DNA from: Fimicolochytrium jonesii
Lineage: Eukaryota
Length of the DNA stretch: 64,000 nucleotides
Direction: 5' to 3'
NCBI RefSeq assembly: GCF_025526975.1
Contig: NW_026515680.1
Location: forward strand, 62,001 to 126,000
Shown one piece after another: positions 1-11,287 of this stretch. A program made the position numbers and the translations under genes. Numbering within the stretch: the first letter of the stretch is position 1; each line of letters starts with the position of its first letter. The notes beneath the pieces were generated by a model. That model was not told the origin of the DNA, searched no databases, and saw only the letters and a program-made list of their open reading frames with translations.

Positions 1-370
1 TTGCAGAAGGTGTTCCGAGTCCGCGAAGTTCCAGAGGAAAGAGCACGCCAATCACACTTCATCCTGCCGACCGGTTCCGGTGCCCGGATCGTGAAGAGGT
101 TCAAACACGATACCAAAAACCTATGTCTATTAGGACTGCATCTGGCACAGAAAGGATGTAAAGGGTCTAATATACGCCTATGTAGAGGAACTATGTAATG
201 TGGGTCTATGAAGGTGATGTATCTTCAACGGTCCTATGTCCGTATGTACGATGTACGCCTATTCAAGTCCAATCCGTTCTATACCGCACAAAAGTAACAT
301 TAGTATAGTAGCAAAACCCTTCAGAGGTTCATCTGCGCATGAGGGCAGGGTCTGGGTCAGCTTGAGTCGT

Positions 371-1425
371 TCAAGCCATCAAGAGACCGACGACACCACC
401 AAAGACGGCACCCCCGAGTCCAGCGACATTGGCAGCACCTCCGTTCTTAGCCGCGCCAGTTGCAGCCGGAGCGGGGGTAGATGTCATAGACCCTGCGGCA
501 GCGGTAGCGGAGGGGGAAACGGTGGGAACCGCAGAGAGAGTCCCGGAGAGAGTGGGGAATGGAAGGGTGGTTGTGCGGCGGACAGTGTTTTTTCCGGGCA
601 CGGGGCACGTGGTGTTGCAGTGTCGAGCGGCTTCTTCGGGCGGGCAGGCGTTGCAGTATTGAGCGGCTTGTTGCTGGATGGTAGAGATGGAAGGGGATGC
701 CATGCAGTATGGGTTGTAGCTAGTGATAAAGGCCAAAATGTGAGACATGGGATGCTAAAGGTATGACCAAAAGATGGTTGATGGGTAATTCAAATACCCT
801 TCTCGCGTGGCTCGCTTCTCTCGCAAAAAGATCCAACATTCGTCGACGCTCGCTATATGCCGTGTTTGAGGGTATTGCGCCTTTGGCGCAAGGATCTCGC
901 TTCGCTGCGAAGGCGATCGAAGCCGCTTGAGTGTCCGGAGTTACGCCTGAAGGGCAAGGAACTCGCTCCGCTCGCGCTCGCTTTGGCGTTCGCTCTGGTC
1001 GGCTCTACCTACGCTCAGGCTCCCGCAGACCCAAACCAAATCCCTCCCTCTCTGCTGTTGGACCGCCGACCAAATCTAAAGCCTTCCCTTTCTCTTCCAC
1101 ACAACTTACCACGTTCTGTGGACCACGGTGTAACTCTCGCACAAACAACAATTGTAAACCGCTTCGTTCTTACGAACGTCATTGCAAGCGTTCTCTAAGG
1201 TCGTTCCAGGGGTTAGCTGGCCCCATACCATGGCTTCTACTGAAATCACATTCGAGACGCAGCGGTTGAATTTGGCCTATAAGAAGCCTTCCATCGTGAG
1301 CAAGATGGCACTGTGAAGGACACGAGAGAAAGGGGACATACCTGGGTAGCGTCACCGCAGTCTGTAGCGAACTGGGCGGCGGCGAGGGCAGGCAAGGAGA
1401 GGAGGAGGGTGACGAAGGAGCGCAT
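371..1425 (-). CDS. Secreted Cys-rich, probably GPI-anchored cell-surface protein (~199 aa, 3 exons)
   Basis: Exons 1425-1342, 1276-1110 and 719-371 join in frame through GT-AG introns. Signal peptide MRSFVTLLLSLPALAAA, 12 Cys (e.g. NACNDVRKNEAVYNCCLCESY...CYNPYC...YCNAC), S/T/P/A-rich stalk and hydrophobic C-terminal tail (GLGGAVFGGVVGLLMA*) typical of a GPI signal. Confidence 0.8.
804..1030 (-). repeat. Intronic GC-rich hairpin repeat, copy A (inside the 390-nt intron 1109-720)
   Basis: Reverse complement of 804-907 aligns by eye with 61277-61380. Contains CGAGCGGAGCGAG and GCGAAGCGAG motifs and a TTGCGCC-AAA-GGCGCAA hairpin. Confidence 0.75.
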
Positions 1426-1593
1426 TGTCGTTGTCGCTGTGAGAGCGGGAAGCGTGGGGTATGTCTGAGGTTGAACGGGACTGTGGGGAAAGGAGCTGGA
1501 AAGTCTGCTGGAAAGTGGGGTTATGAGAGGCTTCAACCTCGAAGTGGAGGTCTGCAACATCTGCCAACCTTCCACTTTCGCCCATCTGCCATA

Positions 1594-3371
1594 ATGCCCT
1601 TCCCAGACGATCCCTCTCTCACCGCCCTCTATCCACCAGACTTGAAGCTGAAGTTCGTGGAGATCATCCACCGCCACGGTATGTGTTCTCCCCACTTTCA
1701 CCGTCAGTGACCCATCTCACACCTCACGCGCGGGTGTATGTGCTGTAGGTGAGAGATCAACAGCGACAAACTTCTTCCCAAAAGCACAACCAGAAGGAAC
1801 ATGGCGGCTATGCCACACCAAACCGCTGCTGCACGCCTTCCACGCCGCCACATCCGACCTTCTATCCAAAAACGGTGATGCAGGTTTCGAAGGGAGGGAT
1901 GAAGACAATCCGGGAACACCACTATCCGAGTCACTTCCACCCCAGTTCAAAAACGTCGTCCTCGAACCGGCGCATCACACCATCGACCGTCTCTCCACCG
2001 CCAAAGCCCTCAAAACCCAGCTAACAGCCGACGGGACATGTTTCACGGGCCAACTGACAGATAAAGGTAAACAAACCATGCAAACAAGCGGGGAAAATCT
2101 TCGAAAACACTACATCGAGCGTTTGGGATTGTTCTCGGGCCGGCTGGACGGCGATTACCACCGCGACGTATACCTTCGCAGCACAGACTACCCCCGCACG
2201 ATCGAGTCGCTGCAGTACCTCCTCCACGGCCTGCATCCGACTTCATCACGCGTGGGCGAAAGCGCGGAGGATCTCACCATCCATGTGCGCTCGGCGAAGG
2301 GGGAAACGCTCTACCCCTCGCACTCATGCAGCGCCCTCAACCTGGCTTCCAAAGCCTTCCGAAAAACCCTAGGCGCCCAACTCTCCGCCCAAACCGCCCC
2401 CTTGATCCAAAAACTTGGCTTCCTCGGCACCGACCCCGCCAAACCACACCTCTTCCAAATCCACGCGCTGGAAGATACATTCACCTGCATGCGCGCGCAC
2501 GACATTCCGCTACCTGCAGGCGTGACGGACGAGATGATGAGGGAGATGCATGAGATGACGACCCGGCAGTGGATTGGGATTTATGAGGATGAGAAGCGTG
2601 CCGGGATGGGGATTGGGTGGTGTTTGGGGGATTTGAGGGGGAAGATCTTGGAGGCGGTTGAGGGAGGGGAGGGAGCGGTGAAGATGGCGGTTTTTAGTGC
2701 GCATGATACGTATGTATGGGGTGACTGTTTATGGGGATCGTCTGTACGGCAACTCTTCTTCGTTCTGTGTGGGAAGAGCGTGTGGGGTGACATTGTGGCG
2801 TATCCTCTCTCTTCTCACAACCCTGGCCCATCTCTGTTCCCCGTTCACAGCACCGTCGGTCCGATCCTCACCGCCCTAAAAGCCTGGGACGGCAAATACC
2901 CCACGTTCGGTGCCATGGTGCGTGCCCTTCCTTTTCTTGCTCCCTCGGGAGGAAGTTAGAGTATTGACTGACACACACATTCCATACTTCACGGCCCTGC
3001 CACATCCCGCACAGATAAATATAGAACTCTTCGAAGAACTCACCCCGCTCCCACAGCGCACATCCCCGTTCCGATCCGCCTGGAACTGGCTTAAAAACTC
3101 CTCCTCACCCGCCCCTTCCCCCTCTCCATTCACATCCCCCTCCACCAACCCGTCCACCCCACCCGCCCACTACATCCGCCTCCTCTACAACGGCCTACCC
3201 TTAACACTCCCCGCCTGCGCCCCTGCAAATGCTCACCGCGGCACAGATACGACGATGTGCACGCTTGACGCGTTTTTGAAGGAGGTGGACAGACTGGTGC
3301 CGAAGAAGGAGTGGGAGGAGGTTTGTAGGGTTGAGGGCGGGGAGAAGGTGGCGTTTGATTGGAGGTATTAA
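1594..3371 (+). CDS. Histidine acid phosphatase (branch 2, ACP6/lysosomal acid phosphatase-like)
   Basis: RHG|ER catalytic motif split by intron 1, GQLTDKG, VYLRSTDYPRTIESLQ, FSAHD(T/S)TV proton-donor motif, YIRLLYNG, and C-terminal CTLDAF...EWEEVC. Confidence 0.9.
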
Positions 3372-3976
3372 GGGCTGTTAGGGTCATGGACTTTGTGGTC
3401 GAGTTGAGAGCGTGTTTTGGGGTGTGCCGGTGAGAGAGGACGGTGCCTCAGTCATAGCCACCCTACTCGTGCCCAGGTAGCATATACTACGTACTGTAAT
3501 ATGCAACCTCTGGCTTGCGGGGCGCGATCCTGAGGCACGTCTGAAGACTTGCCCAGGGAGCTAGCAACGCGCGACCATGGGCACGAGTACCTGTCTATCC
3601 TTTTTCTGTTACCTGTCGCGTTTCACATCCCTTTGGCAAAGGGATACCACACAGACTAGAATAGCGGCGCTTCCATCTTATCCTCTTGCGCATGTGTTTT
3701 TCGGAATGTGCATGGTCATTTTAAAACCCCCGAAACCCACCCCCGCAAATCAAACGGACAATACGTGTATTACTACTTCTTCAAAAGGGTCAGATGCCTC
3801 TCAGTAGACCCCCACATTCGCTAGGTGTCCCATCTGACCATCCAAGCGCAGGGAGCTGGCGCGAGGGGGTTCGTCGTTTCGCGCGGGTAGTTGGGGGAGG
3901 GGATTCTAAAACTTCATACTTTCTTTTTTGGCTGTGGAGTTGTTGTTTCGTCTTTCCGTGCCTCAATTCAATTCGA

Positions 3977-4965
3977 TTACTGTCAGAAGGCAAAAAAACG
4001 CGAAGATGTCAGAGCGAATTCCCAATGCACCGCTATGGCATCCGCCGAACATAATGCAAGAAAGACGTACGTAGTTGACACCGATCAAGTAGTCCGCGAG
4101 ACCTTCCACAACCTTGTTCGCCTCACCGGCTTGCACGGGACTTTCGTAGACACCAATGATGATGGCTTGCTTCGTCTTGGCGACGCAGACGCCGTTTTGT
4201 CCCTATTTTATGGTGAGTCGGGCAATGAAAGGAATGGTCGGAGTCAGAAGGATGTGAAGAAAGACCGTGTTCTTCCCACACGAATCATTTGGTTCATGCG
4301 CATCAGAGATGGATCCCTCTTCCCTTAACAAGTATCGACAACCCAGCCTCGCCATTCCCAAGGCCTCGTCCGCCTTAGCCCCACTCGCCCAAGGAAACAA
4401 ATTGACACGAAAGGGCACCCTCGTAAGAACCCCCTAAAAATTACCTGTTTACCGTAAATAGCACGGTCATCGGCTCGCAGAGTAAAGTACTTTACGCCAG
4501 CCAAGTGTATACCCGAGGCGCGAAGCCCGGATGCGTCCGTGAAACCCTTGGTCAAGGCAGCGACTTCGGGGGCGGCGGGCTGTATGAGTGAAACAGACGG
4601 AGAGAAGGAGTTACAGATGGTTCAGTATTATGTTTGGAGGAGGTGAGTCGAGCGCAATGACGAGGGTGTTGAGAGACTTGACGTCCCCATCTGCGATTTT
4701 CTCACGCCATCTTGAACCTCGCGACTGAAGCCCGACACAATCCACGCCGCCCCAACCACCCTGATGAAGGGAAGGAGCTGCCTCCCAAATGTCACCCAAG
4801 CATCTCACGCTCCCTCCATATTTCCAAGACTGCATGTGTGCTCTGTGTACTCACGCTGAAACCCTGAGTAGTAGCCCAGAGGGATCCGTCGAGGCCGTAG
4901 ATGGCGGCGCGGGCGATCTTGCCCGTTCCGACGAGGTTGGAGTCGACGTACTGTTGCCACGACAT
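3977..4965 (-). CDS. PFY1: Profilin
   Basis: MSWQQYVDSNLVGTGKIARAAIYGLDGSLWA / GLRASGIHLAGVKYFTLRADDRAIYGKQ / GQNGVCVAKTKQAIIIGVYESPVQAGEANKVVEGLADYLIGVNY. Exons 4965-4855, 4579-4445, ~4202-4071, then the stop TAA at 3979-3977 after a final intron. Confidence 0.95.
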
Positions 4966-5214
4966 AGCGGATGGAGGGTTCTAGTTTGTGCTGGGTGGGA
5001 GAGTGCGGTGCGATGTGAGGGGTGGGATGGGCGGTGGGTGTTTGTGGGTAGCCGTAAGATGGGGGATGTGGTTGTGGCAGGAAAGCGTTGGAGGGTTGGG
5101 AAGGCTGGAGAAGGGCTGCGGCAGTCTCTTCTCGCAATTGGATGTGGAGGCGCGGGTTTGGTCCTTTTTGATTAGACGCTACATTAGGCGCGGCTCGAAA
5201 TGATGCAAGACGGT

Positions 5215-5305
5215 CTAAACATCCCGGAAGCCAATCCAGGAGCTCCTTGTTGCCGCGCTCCCAAGGCCCTTTGTTTGCCTTATTTTCTGGAAGACGGCCT
5301 TCCTC
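5215..5305 (+). repeat. Dispersed ~85-90 bp repeat, copy 1
   Basis: ctaaacatcccggaag[ccaatccag]gagctccttgttgccgcgctcccaaggccctttgtttgccttattttctggaagacggccttcctc is nearly identical to 6712-6794. Confidence 0.9.
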
Positions 5306-5386
5306 AAACCCGGCGTGCACCCCATCCATCCACCGTCCGCCGAATCCAGCCGCATCCTCATCAACCGCACTCCAAATCGCCCCACA

Positions 5387-5797
5387 ATGCCATATATCCA
5401 AATCCTCGAACATCAAAACCAGCGAAACATCTTCATCCGCTGCCACCCCAACACGCTCCCCTTCCTCGCCCCGACCTACAACGTCTCGCAATTACCGCCC
5501 AATGTCCGCACAGGCAACAACGGCCCCACCGGCTGGCGCCGCCTGCTTGTCAAAACTGGCAGACCGCCATATGAGTCACCGAGGATAATGGATGTGTTCG
5601 AATTTTTCGAGCGGAAGGGGGCCGTTTTGACCAGCACGCATGCGCATAAGACGGACGATCATAAGGACCCTGTTATGTATATCTGGTTGAGGAGCCGGCA
5701 GGGACAGGGAGGCCGGGGGCGATTATGGAGACGTTACCGTCGTATGTGGGGTGAGGGCCTGTGGTGCGGCGTACTCTCTCATTCACGATTTCCATAG
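5387..5797 (+). CDS. Small intronless hypothetical protein, possibly frameshifted near 5686 (alternative stop 5754)
   Basis: ATG in cacaATG context, genome-typical codon usage, divergent from profilin. MPYIQILEHQ...ESPRIMDVFEFFERKGAVLTS...VMYIW. Only a weak visual resemblance to GFRP-like folds. Confidence 0.55.
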   Translation: MPYIQILEHQNQRNIFIRCHPNTLPFLAPTYNVSQLPPNVRTGNNGPTGWRRLLVKTGRPPYESPRIMDVFEFFERKGAVLTSTHAHKTDDHKDPVMYIWLRSRQGQGGRGRLWRRYRRMWGEGLWCGVLSHSRFP

Positions 5798-6012
5798 AGC
5801 ATTTTGTATACACAGACCATACTGCGAGATACTCTGTTTTCGTATCCTATTTTATTATAGCTCCGAATAGCGAATAGATCAACTAGGCTTGCAGATACCG
5901 CATAATGTATGTACTGCCCACGCTTGGGTCAACTGCGCAAATGTGAGATGCTGAGCTTCGCCGGAAAGTGTGCACTCGTCGCCGAGATGAAGAGCTTGAA
6001 GAGCCCCTCATA

Positions 6013-6206
6013 CAGTAGGATGCCAAAACGGACGTTAGGACGGCATGGACGCGGTCAATAAATCTTTGTGGCCAGCAGAAGTCACCGGCTGCCGCCTAGC
6101 CATTGCGTGGTTGACCGGGGGCCGGCCAGCCTACTAACCTAGGTAGTAGCCCAAATGCCGTCAATTTCGACGCGCCCGTCGTAACGTCCGTTTTGGCATC
6201 CTACTG
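6013..6206. mobile_element. MITE, Tc1/mariner-type (194 bp, TA target-site duplication)
   Basis: Perfect 25-bp TIRs cagtaggatgccaaaacggacgtta (6013-6037) and taacgtccgttttggcatcctactg (6182-6206), extendable to 31 bp with 1 mismatch. TA flanks both ends (6011-6012, 6207-6208). No coding capacity. Confidence 0.88.
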
Positions 6207-6711
6207 TACGAGACATCAACCCTAAGCGTGACATATGCTACGTATTTCAAGTACACAGTACACTTCCCATCGTCCTCTCATCGCAAATGCCACTACTTAT
6301 ACCTTCCTTCTCGCACGCAATCCTCTTTCCTCGGCCTGTCAGTTCTCCTCCGCTTCTGCCTCAGTCGCGCTCCTTCAACTCCAACTCCAACACCGTCATC
6401 TCGCCCAGAAGTCCTCAAGCGATTCAAATTTCCTCCTCTGGCCCTCCATCTTCCCAAACATGCCGGACACCGTCAACAGTCATGCCAACACCAACGCCCT
6501 CTTCTGCATCAATATGCCCATCCATTGCTGTGGGAGCGCGCGATGCAATGTATTCGCGTGCCGGTCAAGATCAGTTGCGCCTGTGTGAATCGCTTGGGAC
6601 AGCGGAATCATGCAACATCGTCTGCCTGTTTGCGCAAGTTCCAACACGAAACGTTTATCTTGCAACTACAGGTACATACAACGAAGGGTAATGAACTGCA
6701 TACGCCGAAAG

Positions 6712-6794
6712 CTAAACATCCCGGAAGGAGCTCCTTGTTGACGCGCTGTCCAAGGCCCTTTGTTTGCCTTTTTTTCTGGAAGCCGGCCTTCCTC
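6712..6794 (+). repeat. Dispersed ~85-90 bp repeat, copy 2
   Basis: Direct-orientation copy of 5215-5305 that lacks a 9-nt segment. Confidence 0.9.
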
Positions 6795-8226
6795 TCCACA
6801 AACACAAAACAGAACGGAAGACATGGAAGAACCACGTGGGTTGCCTTTGCATAGGTGCAGGAGACAAAACTACTCTATGACGTTCGTGGAGTATCTTAAC
6901 GTAGAAGCTTCGGATGTCAAAACAACGATACGCACGCGTTCTTTCCGTATTTTCCCACCTTATGGTCGACGTGCGTTTGCGGTTTTTGCGTCGATTCTCA
7001 ATGTCCATGTGATGGGAAGCAGCCTGATCTTCGGACAGTCATGTACACATTCACTTCGTCGTTCGTGCCGGGGTATAAGCATTCGACCGTCCCTATGTTG
7101 CTTTCCCAGATGCCGCTGTACCCAGCATCGCGACCCCCGGGATCGAGGCCGCACCTCTGTGCGAGTAAAGCGATTCCTCAGTCGTTCTGCGTTCGCTTGT
7201 TTTCTTCACTATTTTCGCCCCACTTTTCTCCTGTCACCCGCCCAATATCTTGCCGTGGCTGGTTTGCCCGAGGCACATCCCCTGCACGTCTCGATCGCCT
7301 CCCCTCATTTTGGAACTCCAGATTCATGTGTGCCGACCCAACCTCACAGGAAATGTTGATGAAACTATGTGCTGCATCTATACGTACTGTATTCATCCTC
7401 CATCTTTGACGTTTCGTCCGCTGTATGTATATATAGCGGTCCTCGAGGGGTTGATCAGGGAAGGAACTCGGATGCGGTGGCGAAGTCCCTTCCTGGATGG
7501 AATAGGGACTGGGGGCTGAACTGTCTGCGATAAACCCTGCGATTTCTAACCATCCGTCGCAGACGAGGCTGGATGGAAGTGAGAACTTATGGCCAAATTT
7601 CGCGGAGAACGGTTGTTGTTGTATGACACATGGCGACTCCCAAAATGACCGCAGGCGCGCAAGTCGCACAAGCACAAACTGTCATTGCTGTCACCTGTGG
7701 AAGGTTATTAACTTATTGCACGCGCTTCTTGAGCGCCGGCGGGAAAAGGGCACCTTGGACTCTGGACTCTGGAGGAGGAGGTCTGGAACTTTTGCATTTG
7801 ACCCTCGGCTGCGCTGGCATTCGGGCTTCCCTCCTGATGTGACCCTGTCAGTGGGGAGCGTGGGAAAAAGTGATCTCCAATGTGAAAGGTCAAAACGGGA
7901 AGGTTCATCCAGGACCTGCTCGTCTCTCTCCATCTTGCTTGTTCTTCCACGGACACGTCTGGGAAAGTCATCGTCGCCTGTATCAGCCACCTCTCCCGTC
8001 GACTTCAAGCAATCGCTTCAAGGACCTGGTTCGGCCACACGCAGAGTGAATTCCTAGATAGGCTGACAGCAGACTGCTGCCGATCGTGGAACATCCACCT
8101 TTGGACCCGAAGTACAGAAATAGAATAAAAGCAGGTAACGTTCGCCGCAGGCAGCTTCCTCTTCCTGGTCGTTCCAGACTGACACCGGCTAACCTTTCCT
8201 TCCCAGGAGCTGCCGGAATTCTCGAA

Positions 8227-10110
8227 ATGTCAGTCGTCTCAGGTGACCCAGTGGTCGCCGCACCTCCTTCTGTCATCCAACCAACCGATGGGAGCGACAC
8301 AGTCGATGCCACCAAGCTCAACATTCTCTTCATCGTCACCGCCTGCGCTTCCATGCTCGGCTCCCTCTTCGTTATCCGGTCCTACTTCCGCCGCAAGGAC
8401 CTCCGTACGCCCAGTTTGAAAGTCGTAGCGATCATGGCTGTGTGCGATTTTGGGTTTGCGGCAAAGTTTGTCGGGGCTGGGTTTTACTCTTTGTTTGGGG
8501 ATCAAGCGAAATCGGCTACTGGGACGGTGCTGTGCGAGTTGAGTGGACATGCCGGGCAGTTTTTTGCGCTCTCGACGGTGTTATGGTGAGTAGGACGTAC
8601 ATCCGTGAAAGCTAATAGAATGCCGAGTTAACTGACCGCTTTTATTCTCCATAGGAACGGCGTTGTTTCGCTCAATCTATTCTTCCTGCTATACAAGCCC
8701 CGGAGGCACAAGCCACGTCTCTGGACCGTACAATATCATTGCGTGGTTTGGGGCTATTGCATTCTCTCGGCGGTCGTCCTGGCGGTTAAACGGCAGATCG
8801 GCTTCACAGAGGTAATGGCGATTACTGAGACTTCTCATCGTATAACTTTCGTGTACTCATCATGATTTTCCCACGACTCTCACAGGACGGCACATGCTGG
8901 ATCATGGGCAAACAGAGTCCCTACCGTCTCCTGTTCTACGTCCCTCTCATAGCCAGCTTCATATTTGCCACCTTTGCCATCGTCTTTGCCACCATGCGCT
9001 TGCGAAACAGGGGGAAATCCAACCAGCTTGCCGCCACGACGCGTAAAGTCCTTTCCCGGAAGCGGGCGAGTTTGATTCGCATCTATATGGTGACGATCGT
9101 CTATGTTTCTGTTTGGTCCTGGTAAGCATATGGTCTTTGTCTATGGAGTACGAAGGCTTTATTCAGAGCACCTTGCTAAACTTCCCACGCACTTTAGGTC
9201 ATTGATTTTCCGGGCTGTTGCCTTTGCGAGCGACAATCCACCTCCGGCGTGGCTGGTCTACATCCAAGCCTTCTTCCTTGGAAGTCAAGGATTTTTCAAC
9301 GCCGCCGCATGGTCGTTGTCCGTGATCTTCACCCCGGAATCCAAAGACCGATGGAGACCTACCACAAGAGATGCCCGCTTCACTCTCGCCGATCGGAGGT
9401 CCCGCGGAGACGGCATGCAGCCACGGTCGCGCATGGCTCCAGGCTATAAGATCGAAGAGCATGATGACGACGACTGCGACGACGCTGAAAACGCGGAAGA
9501 ACTACCCGAAAGTCTCGACGTCAGTTCCGTCTACCCATCCGCAGGTCCGCCCGACCACACTGGGCCGGATTCCGTCGCCTCGATGGCTGCCAAGGATTCC
9601 GTATGGCGTATCGCGATCCGAGCCGCAGCGGGTTTGGGTGAGATGGAGTACCCGTCCCCAACCACCCGCCCGGAAACGGCAGCCACAGCATCGTCCGTGA
9701 GCGTGGTTACAAGCGACAAAGCCAGCAAGCACAGCGGCAGCACGAGAGCATCCTCTCGCCGTCCGCATCAACGCCTACCCAACCCCAGTCATAACTCGCA
9801 TCAGCACGGCCGGAACCCATCCTCTTTCTACGACTTTTACGACATGTTCGTTTTTGAAAGCGACTCGTCGTATTACAGCGATTCGCAGGACGATGAGATC
9901 CTCGACTGCGATACGCTGTCGCAGGAGAACTTTATTACCAAGCCGGATGTGGCTGCACGTCATCGCGCCGGTGCGGATGTCAAGGTACCGCCGGTTCTGC
10001 CGATTGGCGTGGTTGCGAATGAAGACGAGACGGTGCCTACGTTGCCGTGGCAAGCACCGCCAGCGTGGTCCGCGCGGCAGCATTGGGGCGGGGCCATGGA
10101 ACAGCATTGA
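8227..10110 (+). CDS. cAMP-receptor-like (Git3/Dicty_CAR-type) G-protein-coupled receptor
   Basis: TM1 ILFIVTACASMLGSLFVIRSY, TM2 VVAIMAVCDFGF, TM3 LCELSGHAGQFFALSTVLW|NGVVSLNLF, YHCVVWG, GTCWI loop, LFYVPLI, TM7 SQGFFNAAAW and a long disordered C-tail. Several GT-AG introns. Confidence 0.85.
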
Positions 10111-11287
10111 GGAAACCTGTGTAGCATCCGATGTCGTCCGTCTCTGGACCTCCGCCGGAACAAAGGAAAAGAGTGACTCGGACATCGCATGCCTTGCTGT
10201 TCAAGCCGGGACAACGAAGCATCTCCTCCACGGCGTAATGCTCCGCCCCTTTCCATTTCCGTTTCGTATACCCCTTTGTACATCCCCTCCCTTTCCCCCC
10301 TTTAGATATCTGAGATTCAACGGACGTATCGCCTCTCGGACATTGTGTTGCAATCCCGTTTTTCTTCCTTGTTATTCGTTCTGCGCATATGTACATGTAC
10401 CTTTTTCCCCGGCCTTTCCCCTCCAATTCTTCGTATATACCCTTGTACATACATACATACACACATACATACCATCCAATGGATATCTTCGCGCTCTGTA
10501 TTCGTCCTCATAATGTCTGCGGTTATGTGCACTGTTGACAGCAGCAGCGGAGTCCCGTGATAGCACGCTATACTCACCGTTCCTCGTCGTCGCACAAAGC
10601 GGATGGTAGCTAGGCTTGATTGAGTTCAGCCACGGAGGTTGCCGCCCGAGGATTCTCCCTGGTTGGTTTTGCCGCGACCCGGGGTGATGGTTCCGTTCTC
10701 TCACTGCGCCGGGCGATAAAATACGGCTGGCAAAAGCGGATCCGCATAAGAGGGAAGAACGCAAAAACGGTTAAGAACGCCGATCCCACGTCCGTCTATC
10801 TTGCGCAAAAGTTACTATCAACAGGAACGCCCAGCGGCGCACTGATCACTGGTCGCCTTCTCAAACACCCCCCCTCTAAATAAGAGACAAAACACATTCC
10901 ACTTCGATCTTCCCTCGCGGACCAAAAAGGAACAGGAGACACCCGCTCATTCCCTGGCCCCACCCTTACGAAGGAACGAGCAAAGGGTTGTGTGAACCGT
11001 GTAGTACAGGGTTTTAGACGTCTGTGGGGAGTTTCTGTTCCATAGAGGAAAGGGAAGACGGACAAAGGACACATTTGCTTCCATTTCCGACTCCGTAGAC
11101 ATTCTTCTCTGCGGTTTTTCACTTTCTGGACGGAGCTGAGAGCGAGCTTGACATAGATAGGACTTTGAAGATAGACGGTGGAGTCGAGCGCTTCCTACCC
11201 ACGTCAAAACGGGGCTAGGAACAGGCCTCCGCACTCCCCTCGACATTACATCGCACTCACAATCAGCACCAATCAACTTCGCCCACC

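Noticed and set aside
6840..8060. Several 100-200 aa ORFs between the repeat and the GPCR
   Set aside because: No typical codon pattern, motifs or consistent splice structure.
10447..10471. (ACAT)n microsatellite
   Set aside because: Ordinary short repeat in the GPCR 3' region.
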